The notes under the pieces are model-generated. The model worked only from the letters and a program-made list of their open reading frames with translations. It was not told the DNA's origin and searched no databases. The position numbers were made by a program, and so were the translations under genes. Source: Candidatus Latescibacterota bacterium (GTDB lineage: Bacteria > Latescibacterota > UBA2968 > UBA8231). From it: a stretch of DNA of 64,000 bases. The stretch covers positions 3,264,001 through 3,328,000 of the forward strand of contig OY730476.1 of NCBI GenBank assembly GCA_963422735.1. The letters are read 5' to 3'. Each line of letters opens with the position of its first letter. The first letter of the stretch is position 1. Positions 38,543-50,258 of the stretch are shown piece after piece.

Positions 38543-40066
38543 CTACTTGTAACGCTTCATCTGGCCGTTTTGTAGCCGGCCCCAGTACTCTTGCAGGCAC
38601 GCCTTGATCTGCGGGCTGAGAATGACGCCGCCGATGATGTTGGGAAAGGCCATGCCGAGAATCATCATGTCGGAAAAATCGAGTACATTGTTGAGGGCCG
38701 TGACCGAGCCGACGAAGACAAAGCCGACAAAAATGACGCGAAAGACAATGATCGTTCGGGCACCAAAGAGGTACTCCCAAGCGCGCTCGCCGTAATACGA
38801 CCAAGAAATCATGGTCGAATAGGCAAAAAGCATGACCGCTAGGGCGAGGACGTAACGCGAGCCGGGAATAAAGGACTCAAAGGCGGCGGCCGTCATTTTG
38901 ACGCCGACGATAAAACCTTCGCTGGCTTGGAATTGGGGATCGGCATAAACGCCGGTAATCATGCAGACTAGACCTGTCATCAAGCATATAATAATGGTAT
39001 CTATTAAAGGGCCGATCATGGCCACCATGCCCTCGCGGGCCGACTCGTTGGTCTTGGCGGCAGCGTGGGCAAAAGCCGCCGAGCCGAGACCGGCTTCGTT
39101 GGAGAACGCGGCGCGTCTGACGCCCGTGACTAGGACGCCTAAAAAACCTCCGTACATGGCTTGGGGCGAAAATGCGTGAACGATAATGTTGAAGATCATG
39201 GCTGGTACGTCGGTGATATGGGAGAGAATGATCAAGATGCAGGTTGCGACGTAGAGCAAGCACATGAAGGGGACAATGCGCGACGTCACCCGGCCAATGC
39301 GGCGAATGCCACCGATGATGACGACGGCAACCAACGCGGCAAAGAGAATCCCCATCAGCCAGTTGTACTCTTGGAAAAAGGGCGAGACTGTGCCCAGAAT
39401 CTCCAACGTTTGGTTGACCTGAAACATATTGCCGCCACCTAGGCTGCCGCCGACGGTAAGCACGGCAAAGAGGACGGCTAAGGTGCGGCCGAGCTCCTTC
39501 AGTCCCTTGGCGTTGAGGCCGTGTTCGAGGTAGTACATTGGGCCGCCGGAGACGCGGCCGTCGGGGTGAATTTTGCGGTACATGACCGCGAGGGTACATG
39601 ACGCTAACTTGGAGGCCATGCCGAAAAAGGCCATGAGGACCATCCAGAATATCGCCCCCGGGCCGCCCAAACTAACGGCGATAGCCACGCCGGCGATATT
39701 GCCCAAGCCGACGGTGGCCGAAAGGGCGCTGGTGAGGGCTTGGAAATGGGAGACCTCCCCGGGGTCGTCCGGGTTGTCGTAGCACCCGCGGATGACGTCG
39801 ATGGAGTGCCGGAGGCCACGCAGGCTAATCCAGCCGAAGAAGAAGCTGTAGTAAATGCCGCCGGTGAGCAGAACGGCGACGATGGGGACGCCGGGGACGC
39901 CAGTGCCAAAGTCGGCAAACAGGACGAGGGCCAAGACTTCGACGATGGACCCAAACGCGGAATCCAAACCGGCGATGCGCTCTTGGATCCAGCTTTGTTC
40001 GGAGTCTTGGGCTAGGGTGGGGGAGGTCGTCCACAAAATCAGGGCGGCGACGTAGAGTAGGTGCAT
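38543..40066 (-). CDS. Alanine/glycine:cation symporter (AGCS)
   Basis: Motifs ATVGLGNIAGV, GGPGAIFWM, GGPMYY, FSNEAGLGSA and STMISWSYYG. Confidence 0.93.
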   Translation of the reverse strand: MHLLYVAALILWTTSPTLAQDSEQSWIQERIAGLDSAFGSIVEVLALVLFADFGTGVPGVPIVAVLLTGGIYYSFFFGWISLRGLRHSIDVIRGCYDNPDDPGEVSHFQALTSALSATVGLGNIAGVAIAVSLGGPGAIFWMVLMAFFGMASKLASCTLAVMYRKIHPDGRVSGGPMYYLEHGLNAKGLKELGRTLAVLFAVLTVGGSLGGGNMFQVNQTLEILGTVSPFFQEYNWLMGILFAALVAVVIIGGIRRIGRVTSRIVPFMCLLYVATCILIILSHITDVPAMIFNIIVHAFSPQAMYGGFLGVLVTGVRRAAFSNEAGLGSAAFAHAAAKTNESAREGMVAMIGPLIDTIIICLMTGLVCMITGVYADPQFQASEGFIVGVKMTAAAFESFIPGSRYVLALAVMLFAYSTMISWSYYGERAWEYLFGARTIIVFRVIFVGFVFVGSVTALNNVLDFSDMMILGMAFPNIIGGVILSPQIKACLQEYWGRLQNGQMKRYK

Positions 40067-40088
40067 AGGAAATTTTCCTCTCGCAGGA

Positions 40089-40982
40089 TCAGCGATCCTT
40101 CCCGTTATCGTTGAGCAGTTGGTCCAGTTGAGTGCGTTTTTCCGGGGCCATGTGCGCTGTGTTTTCGGCCGTGGGGAAGTGGCCTTCGGAGACTTCTCGG
40201 CAGTACATTCTGAACATTTCGATCCAAGCCTGGCGCGTTTGGCCGTAGGCCTTGGTCAGGATTAGGTCTTCTTCGTTGAGGCCGACAAGGTCGTGGACGA
40301 TCAGCACTTGGCCGTCGCAATAGCGGCCAGCGCCGATGCCGATGACCGGAATTTTGAGCCGATCGGCAACGGCTTGGGCGGCCTCTTCAGTGACCATTTC
40401 CAAGACCAAGGCGAACACGCCGGCGTCCTCCAAGCGCAGGGCTTTCTCGACGAGGGCCTTGGCCCCCTTCGGCCCCTTGCCGTGGAATTTGGGCACAGTG
40501 CCGCGCCGGTCGCTGAACAGGTAGAATTCGCGGGCCTGGGACTGGGGGGTAAACCCGAGGTGGCCGACGACCGGAATGCCGGCGGCAACGATGGCTTTGA
40601 GCTGGGGCAAGACCGGCAGGCCCCCCTCTAATTTGACGCCTTCGGCCCCGCCCTCCTGAACCAAGCGTCCGGCGTTTTTGACCGCGGTCTCGACCGATGG
40701 CTGAAAGGACATAAAGGGTAGGTCGGCGAGGAGAAAGGCCCGGCGCACTGCCCGGCGCACTGCCCGCAGGTGGTGGAGGATGTCGTCCATGGTCACCTGC
40801 TGCGGGCCGCGATAGCCCAAGACGTTGGTCCCCACGGAGTCGCCGACCAAGATCACGTCGAGGCCAGCTTCGTCTTGCAGCGCGGCCGTGGGGTAGTCGT
40901 AGGCCGTCAACATGCAGATCTTCTGGCCCCGCTCCTTTTTGGACTGGAGCGAAGAAACGGTGATTTTATTAGTCGTCGCCAT
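40089..40982 (-). CDS. panB: 3-methyl-2-oxobutanoate hydroxymethyltransferase
   Basis: Motifs MLTAYD, LVGDS, VKLEGG, GHLGFTPQ and DGQVLI. Confidence 0.95.
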   Translation of the reverse strand: MATTNKITVSSLQSKKERGQKICMLTAYDYPTAALQDEAGLDVILVGDSVGTNVLGYRGPQQVTMDDILHHLRAVRRAVRRAFLLADLPFMSFQPSVETAVKNAGRLVQEGGAEGVKLEGGLPVLPQLKAIVAAGIPVVGHLGFTPQSQAREFYLFSDRRGTVPKFHGKGPKGAKALVEKALRLEDAGVFALVLEMVTEEAAQAVADRLKIPVIGIGAGRYCDGQVLIVHDLVGLNEEDLILTKAYGQTRQAWIEMFRMYCREVSEGHFPTAENTAHMAPEKRTQLDQLLNDNGKDR

Positions 40983-41075
40983 GGCAGGCGATAGTATAGA
41001 GCGGCGCACCTTGCGCGGCAAGCCTGTAGGCGACCTACCTTGCCTAGGCGAATCATTTGGCACAGCTTCACCTTT

Positions 41076-42242
41076 ATGCAGGCGAAATTCGATTTTATTC
41101 ACGCTGAATTAGTGCGGCGGCAACAGGCCGGGCAGATGCGGTCGTTGCGGACCTACGAGCCGTGCGGCGGCGCGCGAGTTCGCACCCATGGCCGCGAGTT
41201 GGTCAATTTTAGCTCCAACGACTATCTCGGCTTAGCGTCGCACCCACTATTGCAGGCGCGGGCCATTGAATTCGTCGAGTGCTACGGGGCCGGTGCCACG
41301 GCTGCGCGCTTGGTTTGTGGCTCTCAGCCGGGCTTTGCACAGGTGGAGCAGACCTTGGCTAAGCTCAAGCAGGCCGAGCGGGCGCTGGTGCTCAATTCTG
41401 GATATCAGGCCAATGTTTCACTGCTGCCGACGCTGGTTGACCGGCGCTCTCTCATCCTGCTCGACCGGCTCTGCCACAACAGCTTGGTTCAAGGGGCGGT
41501 CTTGGGACGCTGTCGGATGCGGCGCTACCGCCACTGCGACTTGGATCACCTGCGTGCCCTGCTGGCGGAAAGCGCGGAGGGGGCGCACTCGCGCCGGGTG
41601 ATTGTCACCGAATCGGTGTTTAGCATGGACGGCGACGTCAGCGACATCGATGCGCTCGTCGAGTTGGCTAGGGAATTCGACGCGCTGTTGGTCATCGACG
41701 AAGCGCACGCCACGGGCGTTTTGGGCGAGCAAGGGATGGGGCTGACGTGTGGCAAGGCCGTGGACGTATGCGTGGGCACGTTCGGCAAGGCCCTCGGATC
41801 TTTTGGGGCGTACGTGGCCTGCGGCGAGAAGCTGTGGGAGTACTTGGTTAACTGCTGCCCGGGATTCATCTATACGACCGCGCTGCCGCCAGCCGTCTTA
41901 GGCGCGGTGGATGCGGCGCTAGAGTTGGTGCCGCAAATGGATGCACAGCGCCGAACATTGCTCGCCCACGCCGAGTATTTGCGCGGCGCGCTCAGGGCGC
42001 AAGGCTGGGACACAGGAGTGGCGACTGTGCAGATCGTGCCGCTGATGGTGGATGCGGAGGGCGAAGCGCTGGCCCTGAACGCCTATCTAAAAGAAAACGG
42101 CGTCCTAGCTGCGGCCATTCGCCCTCCTACGGTCGAGCCAGGCCGGGCACGGATTCGCTTGTCGCTCAGTGCCCTGCATCAGCAGAGCGACCTCGATATG
42201 CTGGTGGAACTGCTACAGCGGTGGCGCGATGGTCGGCGTTGA
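41076..42242 (+). CDS. bioF: 8-amino-7-oxononanoate synthase
   Basis: Motifs FSSNDYLGL, SGYQAN, ESVFSMDGD, DEAHA, TFGKA and IRPPTV. Confidence 0.95.
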   Translation: MQAKFDFIHAELVRRQQAGQMRSLRTYEPCGGARVRTHGRELVNFSSNDYLGLASHPLLQARAIEFVECYGAGATAARLVCGSQPGFAQVEQTLAKLKQAERALVLNSGYQANVSLLPTLVDRRSLILLDRLCHNSLVQGAVLGRCRMRRYRHCDLDHLRALLAESAEGAHSRRVIVTESVFSMDGDVSDIDALVELAREFDALLVIDEAHATGVLGEQGMGLTCGKAVDVCVGTFGKALGSFGAYVACGEKLWEYLVNCCPGFIYTTALPPAVLGAVDAALELVPQMDAQRRTLLAHAEYLRGALRAQGWDTGVATVQIVPLMVDAEGEALALNAYLKENGVLAAAIRPPTVEPGRARIRLSLSALHQQSDLDMLVELLQRWRDGRR

Positions 42243-42891
42243 TGTGGTCGCCCAACACGGGTGGGGCTTTGGTGCTTGGTGCTGGGACCGCTGGCAGGAC
42301 GCCTTGCCCGACGACTTTGCGCTGCACTGTCCAGACAGAGGATACTTTGGCCCAGCCTTGGCGGTTGCGGCTCAGCCTCGCATCGTCTTGGCGCACTCCT
42401 TCGGCTTGCACTTATTGGCACCGCAGCTATGTGCGGCGGCAGAGTTGATCGTGATCATCAGCGGCTTTCGTCGCTTTCACTCCCCGAGCACCCGCCAAGC
42501 CCGGCGTTCGCGCCGCACGGTAGAGCAGATGCTCGTGCGCTTGGAGCGCGAGCCAGCGGCCTTGTTGGCCGATTTTTACGCCCGTTGTGGTGCGCCGCAA
42601 GACAGCCGCTGGCCCGGGGCCATTGACGCCAGCAGCTTGCGCCGCGATTTGCAACTATTGCAGAAGAGCGTACTGGAACTAGCCGCCATACCGGTCGCAG
42701 CACAGGTGCTCATTTTGCACGGCAGCCGCGACCGCGTGGCACCCGTGGAGCGGGCCGAGGAACTGCGCGAGCTGCTGCCCAATAGCGCGCTTGCCATCGT
42801 CGCGGAGGCCGGCCACGCGCTGCCCCTGACGCATGCCCGCGCGTGTTGGGAACGAGTTGAACGGGCTTGGCGCGAGATGCGGCCTGTATGA
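42229..42891 (+). CDS. Pimeloyl-ACP methyl ester esterase (BioH-position alpha/beta hydrolase, BioK-like)
   Basis: Motifs HGWG, DRGY, AHSFG and LHGSRD...GH; lies between bioF and bioC. Confidence 0.78.
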   Translation: MVGVDVVAQHGWGFGAWCWDRWQDALPDDFALHCPDRGYFGPALAVAAQPRIVLAHSFGLHLLAPQLCAAAELIVIISGFRRFHSPSTRQARRSRRTVEQMLVRLEREPAALLADFYARCGAPQDSRWPGAIDASSLRRDLQLLQKSVLELAAIPVAAQVLILHGSRDRVAPVERAEELRELLPNSALAIVAEAGHALPLTHARACWERVERAWREMRPV

Positions 42892-43694
42892 CGGAAGCAA
42901 GTTTCAAAGCGCGCGTCGTCGAGAATTTCTCCCGCAGCACCTCGACGTACGACCGCCACGCCGATGAGCAGCGCGTTGGGGCCGCCACTTTGGCCACATG
43001 CGCCGCCGAGTGCGCTGGAAATATAGTAGAAGGCCCAGTGCTCGAAATCGGTTGTGGCACAGGCTTTTTGAGCGCGTCCTTGGCCACGCTCTTCCCTAGG
43101 CGCCGCTTGGAGTTGACCGACCTCGCGCCGGCGATGGTCGCGCATTGTCGGCAAAAAGTGGCCGCCAAGGTCGCCCATCCAGACATCCGCTACCGGGTAT
43201 TGGACGGGGAGCAGCTAGGAAGTGAGGGATGCTACGCCTTGATCTGCGCCAGCTTTGTGGTTCACTGGTTCGCCGATTTGCGTGCGGGCCTACAGCAGCT
43301 ACTGGCCGCGCTCAAACCCGGCGGGCAATTGCTCTGCTCCTATCCGGGAGCGGGTTCATACGCCGAATGGCACCGCCAATGTGCGCGCCAAGACATCCCC
43401 TGTAGCGCCAACGCCTTGCCCGACTTAGCGTCCGTCGCCCGCGTATTCGCCGCCGAGCCGGTCGTGGTGCGCCAATGGGAACAGGTGCTCGCGCTGCGCT
43501 TCCCAACCGCGCGCGCCTTCTTGCGCCACTTCAAGCGCACGGGTGCCCACACGTCGGCGCGACTGAGCGCCCTCGGCCCAGCGCAATTGCGCCGGCTTGT
43601 GCGCGGCTGGGACCGCGACTGCCCCAACGGCGTGGAGATTACATGTGCTCTTCATTATCTAGTTGTCGAGAAAGCGGGGGTCTGTGGCGACTGA
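42888..43694 (+). CDS. bioC: Malonyl-ACP O-methyltransferase
   Basis: Motifs FSR...YD.HA..Q, LEIGCGTG, HWF and LKPGG; operon context. Confidence 0.88.
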   Translation: MTEASFKARVVENFSRSTSTYDRHADEQRVGAATLATCAAECAGNIVEGPVLEIGCGTGFLSASLATLFPRRRLELTDLAPAMVAHCRQKVAAKVAHPDIRYRVLDGEQLGSEGCYALICASFVVHWFADLRAGLQQLLAALKPGGQLLCSYPGAGSYAEWHRQCARQDIPCSANALPDLASVARVFAAEPVVVRQWEQVLALRFPTARAFLRHFKRTGAHTSARLSALGPAQLRRLVRGWDRDCPNGVEITCALHYLVVEKAGVCGD

Positions 43695-44307
43695 ACTCCC
43701 CTCGCGCTTGTTCGTCACCGGCACGGATACCGGCGTTGGCAAGTCCTATGTCGCGGCCCTGCTGGCCGCGGGGCTGGAGGCCGCCTATTGGAAGCCCGTG
43801 CAAAGCGGGGCCGATGCGGACGCCGATTGGGTGCGTCGCGTCGCTGGCCTGTCGGCCGAGCGCGTCCTGCCGGAGACCTATCGCTTGCGCGCACCCCTGT
43901 CACCGCACGAGGCGGCCCGGCGCGAGGGTGTGCAGATCGAGATGAGCCGCTTTGCGCTGCCCAAGCGGAAGCACTTGATCGTCGAAGGGGCCGGCGGGGT
44001 TATGGTACCGCTCGACGACCGGCACCTAATGGTCGATCTGATGGTCGATCTGGGGCTGCCGGTACTAGTGGTAGCGCGCAGCGAATTGGGCACCATCAAT
44101 CACACCCTATTGACGCTGGACCAATTGCGCCGCCGCGGTTGTCCGCTCTTGGGCGTGGTGGTCAACGGCCCCCCAAACCCAGCCAATTGCCGAGCTATCG
44201 CCCACTACGGAGAGGTGCCGGTGCTGGCCGCAATTGATCGCCGGGTAGAGCTGTCGCCCGCCAAGGTCCGGGTGCTCTTTGCTCGCTATTTTGGCTGCGA
44301 TGGCTGA
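43684..44307 (+). CDS. bioD: Dethiobiotin synthase
   Basis: Motifs VTGTDTGVGKS, WKPVQSG, VEGAGG and LGTINHTLL. Confidence 0.95.
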   Translation: MATELPSRLFVTGTDTGVGKSYVAALLAAGLEAAYWKPVQSGADADADWVRRVAGLSAERVLPETYRLRAPLSPHEAARREGVQIEMSRFALPKRKHLIVEGAGGVMVPLDDRHLMVDLMVDLGLPVLVVARSELGTINHTLLTLDQLRRRGCPLLGVVVNGPPNPANCRAIAHYGEVPVLAAIDRRVELSPAKVRVLFARYFGCDG

Positions 44308-45574
44308 GCGCACTGCTTCCCACGTGTGGTCGCCTTTTACTCAGATGAAGGGGGCGCTGCCGGTGCAGCAGGTGCGCGCTGGCCGCGGGGCGGAGCTAGA
44401 GATGGAGGATGGGCGGCAGATCCTCGACTGTATTTCGAGCTGGTGGGTGACCTTGCACGGCCACGGCCAGCCCGAGATCGCTGCGGCTGTGGCCGTACAG
44501 GCCAAAAAGCTGGAACAGGTAATAGCGGCCGGATTTACCCATCGCCCCGCCGAAGAGCTAGCCCGGCGGCTGGTGGATGCCTTGCCCGCGCCGCTAAAGT
44601 GGGTCTTCTACTCGGACGATGGCTCGACGGCCGTGGAAGTCGCGCTCAAGCTGGCCTATCAGTTTTGGCGCAACCAAGGCGAGCGCAGTCGCACGCGCTT
44701 TCTACGCTTGGAGGGGGCCTATCACGGCGATACGTTCGGGGCGATGTCGGTGGGGGAACGCTCGCTTTTTACGCGCCCTTTTGCCGACTTGCTCTTTCCG
44801 ACGGACGCCGTGCCCTTTCCGGCTACTTGGGAAGGCGATGAGGAGGTAGAGGCCAAAGAAGCGCGGGCACTCGCGCGGCTGAAGGAACTGTTGGCACGCC
44901 ATCCTAGCCAGTACGCGGCCATGATACTTGAGCCGCTGGTGCAGGGTGCCGGGGGCATGCGGATGTGCCGCCCGCACTTTCTCGCGGCCGTGCAGGCACT
45001 TTTGCGCGAATGCGACGTGTTGGCCATCTACGACGAGGTGCTGACCGGATTTGGGCGCACCGGGGAGCTCTTCGCCTGTGAGAAAGCCGCGACCCAACCC
45101 GATATCATCTGCTTGGCCAAGGGGCTGACCGGTGGCTTTTTGCCCATGGCGGCCACCGTTTGCAGCCAGCAGGTTTTCTCGGCCTTCTATCACGACGACC
45201 CCGCTAGGGCCTTCTATCACGGGCACTCCTATACGGCCAATCCCTTGGGCTGCGCGGCTGCGCTGGCCTCGCTAGATCTGCTCGCTAGCGAGCACTTCCG
45301 CCGCCTAGCGGATTGGCAGTGCGAGGAAGCAGTGCGCCTGTGCGGCCACCAGCGGCTCAAGCGAGTGCGGGTGTGCGGTACGATTGTGGCTGCGGACGTG
45401 ATAGCCGAGGGCGAGGAAGGGGTTGGGCCGCTGCTGAGGGAGCGATTTTTGGCGCGGGGGTTCCTGCTGCGGCCGCTGGGCAATAGCGTGTACGTGCTAC
45501 CGCCCTACTGCATTGAGCGGCCTCAGCTAGCCTCGATCTACGACTGCCTCTGCGAGCTGATCGACGCGATCTGA
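44300..45574 (+). CDS. bioA: Adenosylmethionine-8-amino-7-oxononanoate transaminase
   Basis: Motifs WSPFTQ, SSWWV, GSTAVEVALK, YHGDT, KGLTGG and HGHSYTANP. Confidence 0.95.
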   Translation: MAERTASHVWSPFTQMKGALPVQQVRAGRGAELEMEDGRQILDCISSWWVTLHGHGQPEIAAAVAVQAKKLEQVIAAGFTHRPAEELARRLVDALPAPLKWVFYSDDGSTAVEVALKLAYQFWRNQGERSRTRFLRLEGAYHGDTFGAMSVGERSLFTRPFADLLFPTDAVPFPATWEGDEEVEAKEARALARLKELLARHPSQYAAMILEPLVQGAGGMRMCRPHFLAAVQALLRECDVLAIYDEVLTGFGRTGELFACEKAATQPDIICLAKGLTGGFLPMAATVCSQQVFSAFYHDDPARAFYHGHSYTANPLGCAAALASLDLLASEHFRRLADWQCEEAVRLCGHQRLKRVRVCGTIVAADVIAEGEEGVGPLLRERFLARGFLLRPLGNSVYVLPPYCIERPQLASIYDCLCELIDAI

Positions 45575-46531
45575 AGCGCCTTGCGGCGGCCGCGCTTCTA
45601 GGTCGAGCAGATCAAAGAGGGCTTGATCGGCGTCGGTGCCGGGGTGGGGAGTAGTCAACAGGCGGTCGCCCGAGAAGATGGAATTGGCCCCAGCCAAAAA
45701 GCACAGGGCTTGCTCGGCCGTCGATAGCTGGTCGCGGCCAGCCGAGAGGCGCACCATGGCCGTAGGAAAGAGGATGCGGGCGCAGGCGATCATGCGGACG
45801 AGTTCCCAGGCGGTCGTCTTTTCGCGGTCGCCCAGCGGCGTACCGGCGATGGGTACCAAGGAGTTGACCGGTATGGATTCAGGTGGCGTTGGTAGCTGCA
45901 AGAGCGCACCGAGCAGGTCAATGCGGTCTTCTTCGCTTTCGCCCATACCCAAGATGCCGCCGCAGCAGACTGATATCCCGGCGCGACCGACGTGGCTCAG
46001 GGTTTCGAGGCGGTCGCGATAGGTGCGGGTGGAGACGATTTCGGGGTAGTAGTTTTCTCCGGTGTCCAAGTTGTGGTTGTACGCGTGGAGGCCGGCTTCC
46101 CGCAGCCGGTGAGCTTGGTCGGCGTTGAGCATGCCCAACGTGCAACAGACTTCCATGCCGGTGGCAGCGACCGTGCGCACCATGTCTAACACGCGGTCGA
46201 ACTCTGCGCCATCGCGGACCTGACGCCAGGCCGCGCCCATGCAGAAGCGCGTGCTACCGGCGGCCGCAGCGCGCTCGGCGGCCTCGCGCACGGCGTCTAG
46301 CGACAGTAGGTCTTGGCGTTCGAGGCCCGTATCAAAGTGGGCCGACTGCGAGCAATAGCTGCAATTTTCAGGACAGCCGCCGGTCTTGATCGAAAGCAGG
46401 GTGCAGACCTGTACCTGCCGCGGATCGTGGTGTGCTCGATGGACGGTCGCGGCGCGGTACACAAGATCGAGTATGGGGCTTTTGTAGAGAGCGACGATTT
46501 TTTCGCACGTCGCGGGTGCATTCAGGCTCAT
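45527..46531 (-). CDS. bioB: Biotin synthase
   Basis: Motifs CPENCSYC, YNHNLDT and VRLSAGR. Confidence 0.96.
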   Translation of the reverse strand: MSLNAPATCEKIVALYKSPILDLVYRAATVHRAHHDPRQVQVCTLLSIKTGGCPENCSYCSQSAHFDTGLERQDLLSLDAVREAAERAAAAGSTRFCMGAAWRQVRDGAEFDRVLDMVRTVAATGMEVCCTLGMLNADQAHRLREAGLHAYNHNLDTGENYYPEIVSTRTYRDRLETLSHVGRAGISVCCGGILGMGESEEDRIDLLGALLQLPTPPESIPVNSLVPIAGTPLGDREKTTAWELVRMIACARILFPTAMVRLSAGRDQLSTAEQALCFLAGANSIFSGDRLLTTPHPGTDADQALFDLLDLEARPPQGASDRVDQLAEAVVDRG

Positions 46532-46787
46532 AAATCCTCGGTCAGTTTGTTGGGCTGGCCATCTAAAATCCGAGGTTTAGCCCGGCTTGGCAAGTTCGAC
46601 GGGAGCAACGGGCGGTCCGCATCTGCCGCGCAAATGGCTTGCTCCATCGTGTTTCTTAGCTTTTATTTTTAGGCTGTCTGCGGGAGGGAAACGGGCTGGA
46701 CGGTGCGCCCGCGCTTTGATGTCTGGCCGATTGCGAGACGCTAAAACCTCGGCTACTATTCGGTGGCGAATCAGTGTCCTGTTTTTC

Positions 46788-46816
46788 TTGACAGGTGAGG
46801 CTAGCTGGCTTAAACT
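46788..46816 (+). promoter_or_regulatory. Sigma70-type promoter of the nqr operon
   Basis: TTGACA-N17-TAAACT. Confidence 0.7.
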
Positions 46817-46842
46817 GGCCAGTTTTAGTGGCGTTTCGTTGA

Positions 46843-48225
<1,383 letters not shown>

Positions 48226-48234
48226 ACGCATTCA

Positions 48235-49452
48235 ATGAAGGTTTTGCGAGATCTGCTCGACCAAGCCGAGCCTCTGTTCCACAAGGGAGGGCGGCTGGAA
48301 AAACTCTACGCCCTGTACGAGGCAGCCGATACATTTTTATATACGCCCGGTCGCGTCACTGAGGGGCCGACACACGTGCGCGACGGCATCGACCTCAAGC
48401 GCACCATGATCACGGTCGTCGTCGCGCTAGTGCCCTGTATCTTCATGGCCATGTGGAACACCGGCTATCAGGTCAATCTGGCCATGCAGCAGATGGAGGC
48501 CACCACAACGGGCGAATGGCGTGGGATAATCATCGATATCCTCGGCATCGGCTACAACCCCAATAACGCGCTAGCCAACGTATTTCACGGCTTCCTCTAT
48601 TTCTTCCCAGTCTTTTTGGTGTGCAATATGGTGGGAGGTCTGTGGGAGGGGCTTTTCGCGATGGTCCGCAAGCACGAGATCAACGAGGGCTTCTTGGTCA
48701 CGGGCATGCTCTTTCCCTTGACCCTGCCACCCACGATCCCACTGTGGCAGGTAGCCATCGGCATTAGTTTCGGCGTAGTGCTGGGCAAAGAGGTCTTCGG
48801 CGGAACCGGCAAGAATTTCCTCAATCCGGCGCTGACCGGGCGGGCCTTCCTCTATTTTGCGTATCCCGCCGAGATCACCGGCGACGCGGTCTGGGTTGCG
48901 GCCGACGGCTTTACGCATGCTACCCCGCTAGGGGCTGCTGCGGCCGACGGCATGGCGGCCTTTACTAGCTCGGTGACTTGGACGCAGGCCTTCTTGGGCA
49001 CGATCCCCGGGTCCATGGGCGAAACATCGACCCTAGCCTGTCTGATCGGCGCAGCCATCCTCATAGCGACTCGGATCGGCTCTTGGCAAATCATCGTCAG
49101 CATGACTGTGGCTATGGTCGTCTGCGCCGAGTTACTGTACGCGATTGGCAGCGATACTAATCCGATGTTCGAAATGGACGCGCGCTGGCATTTGGTGTTG
49201 GGCGGATATGCCTTTGGCTGCGTCTATATGGCGACGGACCCGGTGTCGGCGTCCATGACCCCGGCCGGCCGTTGGGTATACGGGGCGCTCATAGGTTTTA
49301 TGACCGTGCTGATCCGCGTGATCAACCCAGCCTTTCCCGAGGGTGTGATGCTGGCTATTCTCTTTGGCAATGTCTTCGCGCCCGTGATCGACCACGTGGT
49401 AGTGCAAGCCAACATCAAGCGCAGGTTGGTCCGGACCGCTGTCAGCTCTTAG
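48235..49452 (+). CDS. nqrB: Na+-NQR subunit B
   Basis: Motifs [22 protein letters not shown] (FMN Thr) and MATDPVS. Confidence 0.96.
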   Translation: MKVLRDLLDQAEPLFHKGGRLEKLYALYEAADTFLYTPGRVTEGPTHVRDGIDLKRTMITVVVALVPCIFMAMWNTGYQVNLAMQQMEATTTGEWRGIIIDILGIGYNPNNALANVFHGFLYFFPVFLVCNMVGGLWEGLFAMVRKHEINEGFLVTGMLFPLTLPPTIPLWQVAIGISFGVVLGKEVFGGTGKNFLNPALTGRAFLYFAYPAEITGDAVWVAADGFTHATPLGAAAADGMAAFTSSVTWTQAFLGTIPGSMGETSTLACLIGAAILIATRIGSWQIIVSMTVAMVVCAELLYAIGSDTNPMFEMDARWHLVLGGYAFGCVYMATDPVSASMTPAGRWVYGALIGFMTVLIRVINPAFPEGVMLAILFGNVFAPVIDHVVVQANIKRRLVRTAVSS

Positions 49453-49466
49453 GAGAGATAGACAAA

Positions 49467-50258
49467 GTGGTTAACGATTCAATAGGTAGAACATTCGGAG
49501 TGGCCCTCGGCGTCTGCCTCATCTGCTCGGTGCTGGTATCGGCGGCGGCAGTGTCGCTACGGCCGACCCAAGCGGTCAACAAGGCGCTCGACAAGAAGCG
49601 CAATATTCTAATGGCCGCCGGCCTGCTGAAGTCCGGCGAGGCCGCAAGCGGCGAGCGCATCGAGGAGTTATACAAGAATATAAATCCCCGCGTCGTTGAT
49701 TTGGCGACCGGGGAGTACGTTGATGGAGTTGACCCGATCACGTACGACCAACGGCGGGCAGCCAAGGATCCAGCGCAGAGCAAGGTGGTACCGGCCGGTG
49801 ATGATATCGCCAACGTCAAACGCCGCGCGCTCCATGCCTCGGTGTACTTGGTCTCGCAGAAGGGCAAGATCAAAAAGGTCATCTTGCCTGTACACGGCTT
49901 GGGGCTGTGGTCAACGCTCTATGGGTTTGTGGCCCTCGATGCCAAGGATCTCAATACCATCCGCGGGCTGGTGTACTACGAGCACGCCGAGACTCCGGGT
50001 TTGGGAGGCGAGGTTGATAACCCTAGCTGGAAGGCCCTCTGGGACGGCAAACAGGCCTTCGACGAAAGTGGCGCAGTGCGCATCGAGGTGATCAGGGGCA
50101 AGGTCGTCACGGGACGGCCTGAAGCCCAATATCAGGTCGATGGGTTGTCGGGTGCCACCATTACCTCGCGCGGCGTCAGGGACATGCTGCGCTACTGGCT
50201 GGATGCGGAAGCCTTTGGGCCGTATCTGGCCAAGCTCAAAGAACGAGGAGTTAGTTAA
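49467..50258 (+). CDS. nqrC: Na+-NQR subunit C
   Basis: Motifs GLWS, HAETPGLG and VDGLSGATITS. Confidence 0.95.
   Translation: MVNDSIGRTFGVALGVCLICSVLVSAAAVSLRPTQAVNKALDKKRNILMAAGLLKSGEAASGERIEELYKNINPRVVDLATGEYVDGVDPITYDQRRAAKDPAQSKVVPAGDDIANVKRRALHASVYLVSQKGKIKKVILPVHGLGLWSTLYGFVALDAKDLNTIRGLVYYEHAETPGLGGEVDNPSWKALWDGKQAFDESGAVRIEVIRGKVVTGRPEAQYQVDGLSGATITSRGVRDMLRYWLDAEAFGPYLAKLKERGVS

Noticed and set aside
46532-46578. CCTCGG/CCGAGG hairpin that could sequester the bioB RBS (riboswitch-like)
   Set aside because: Only about 6-8 bp of pairing in GC-rich DNA and no recognisable aptamer.
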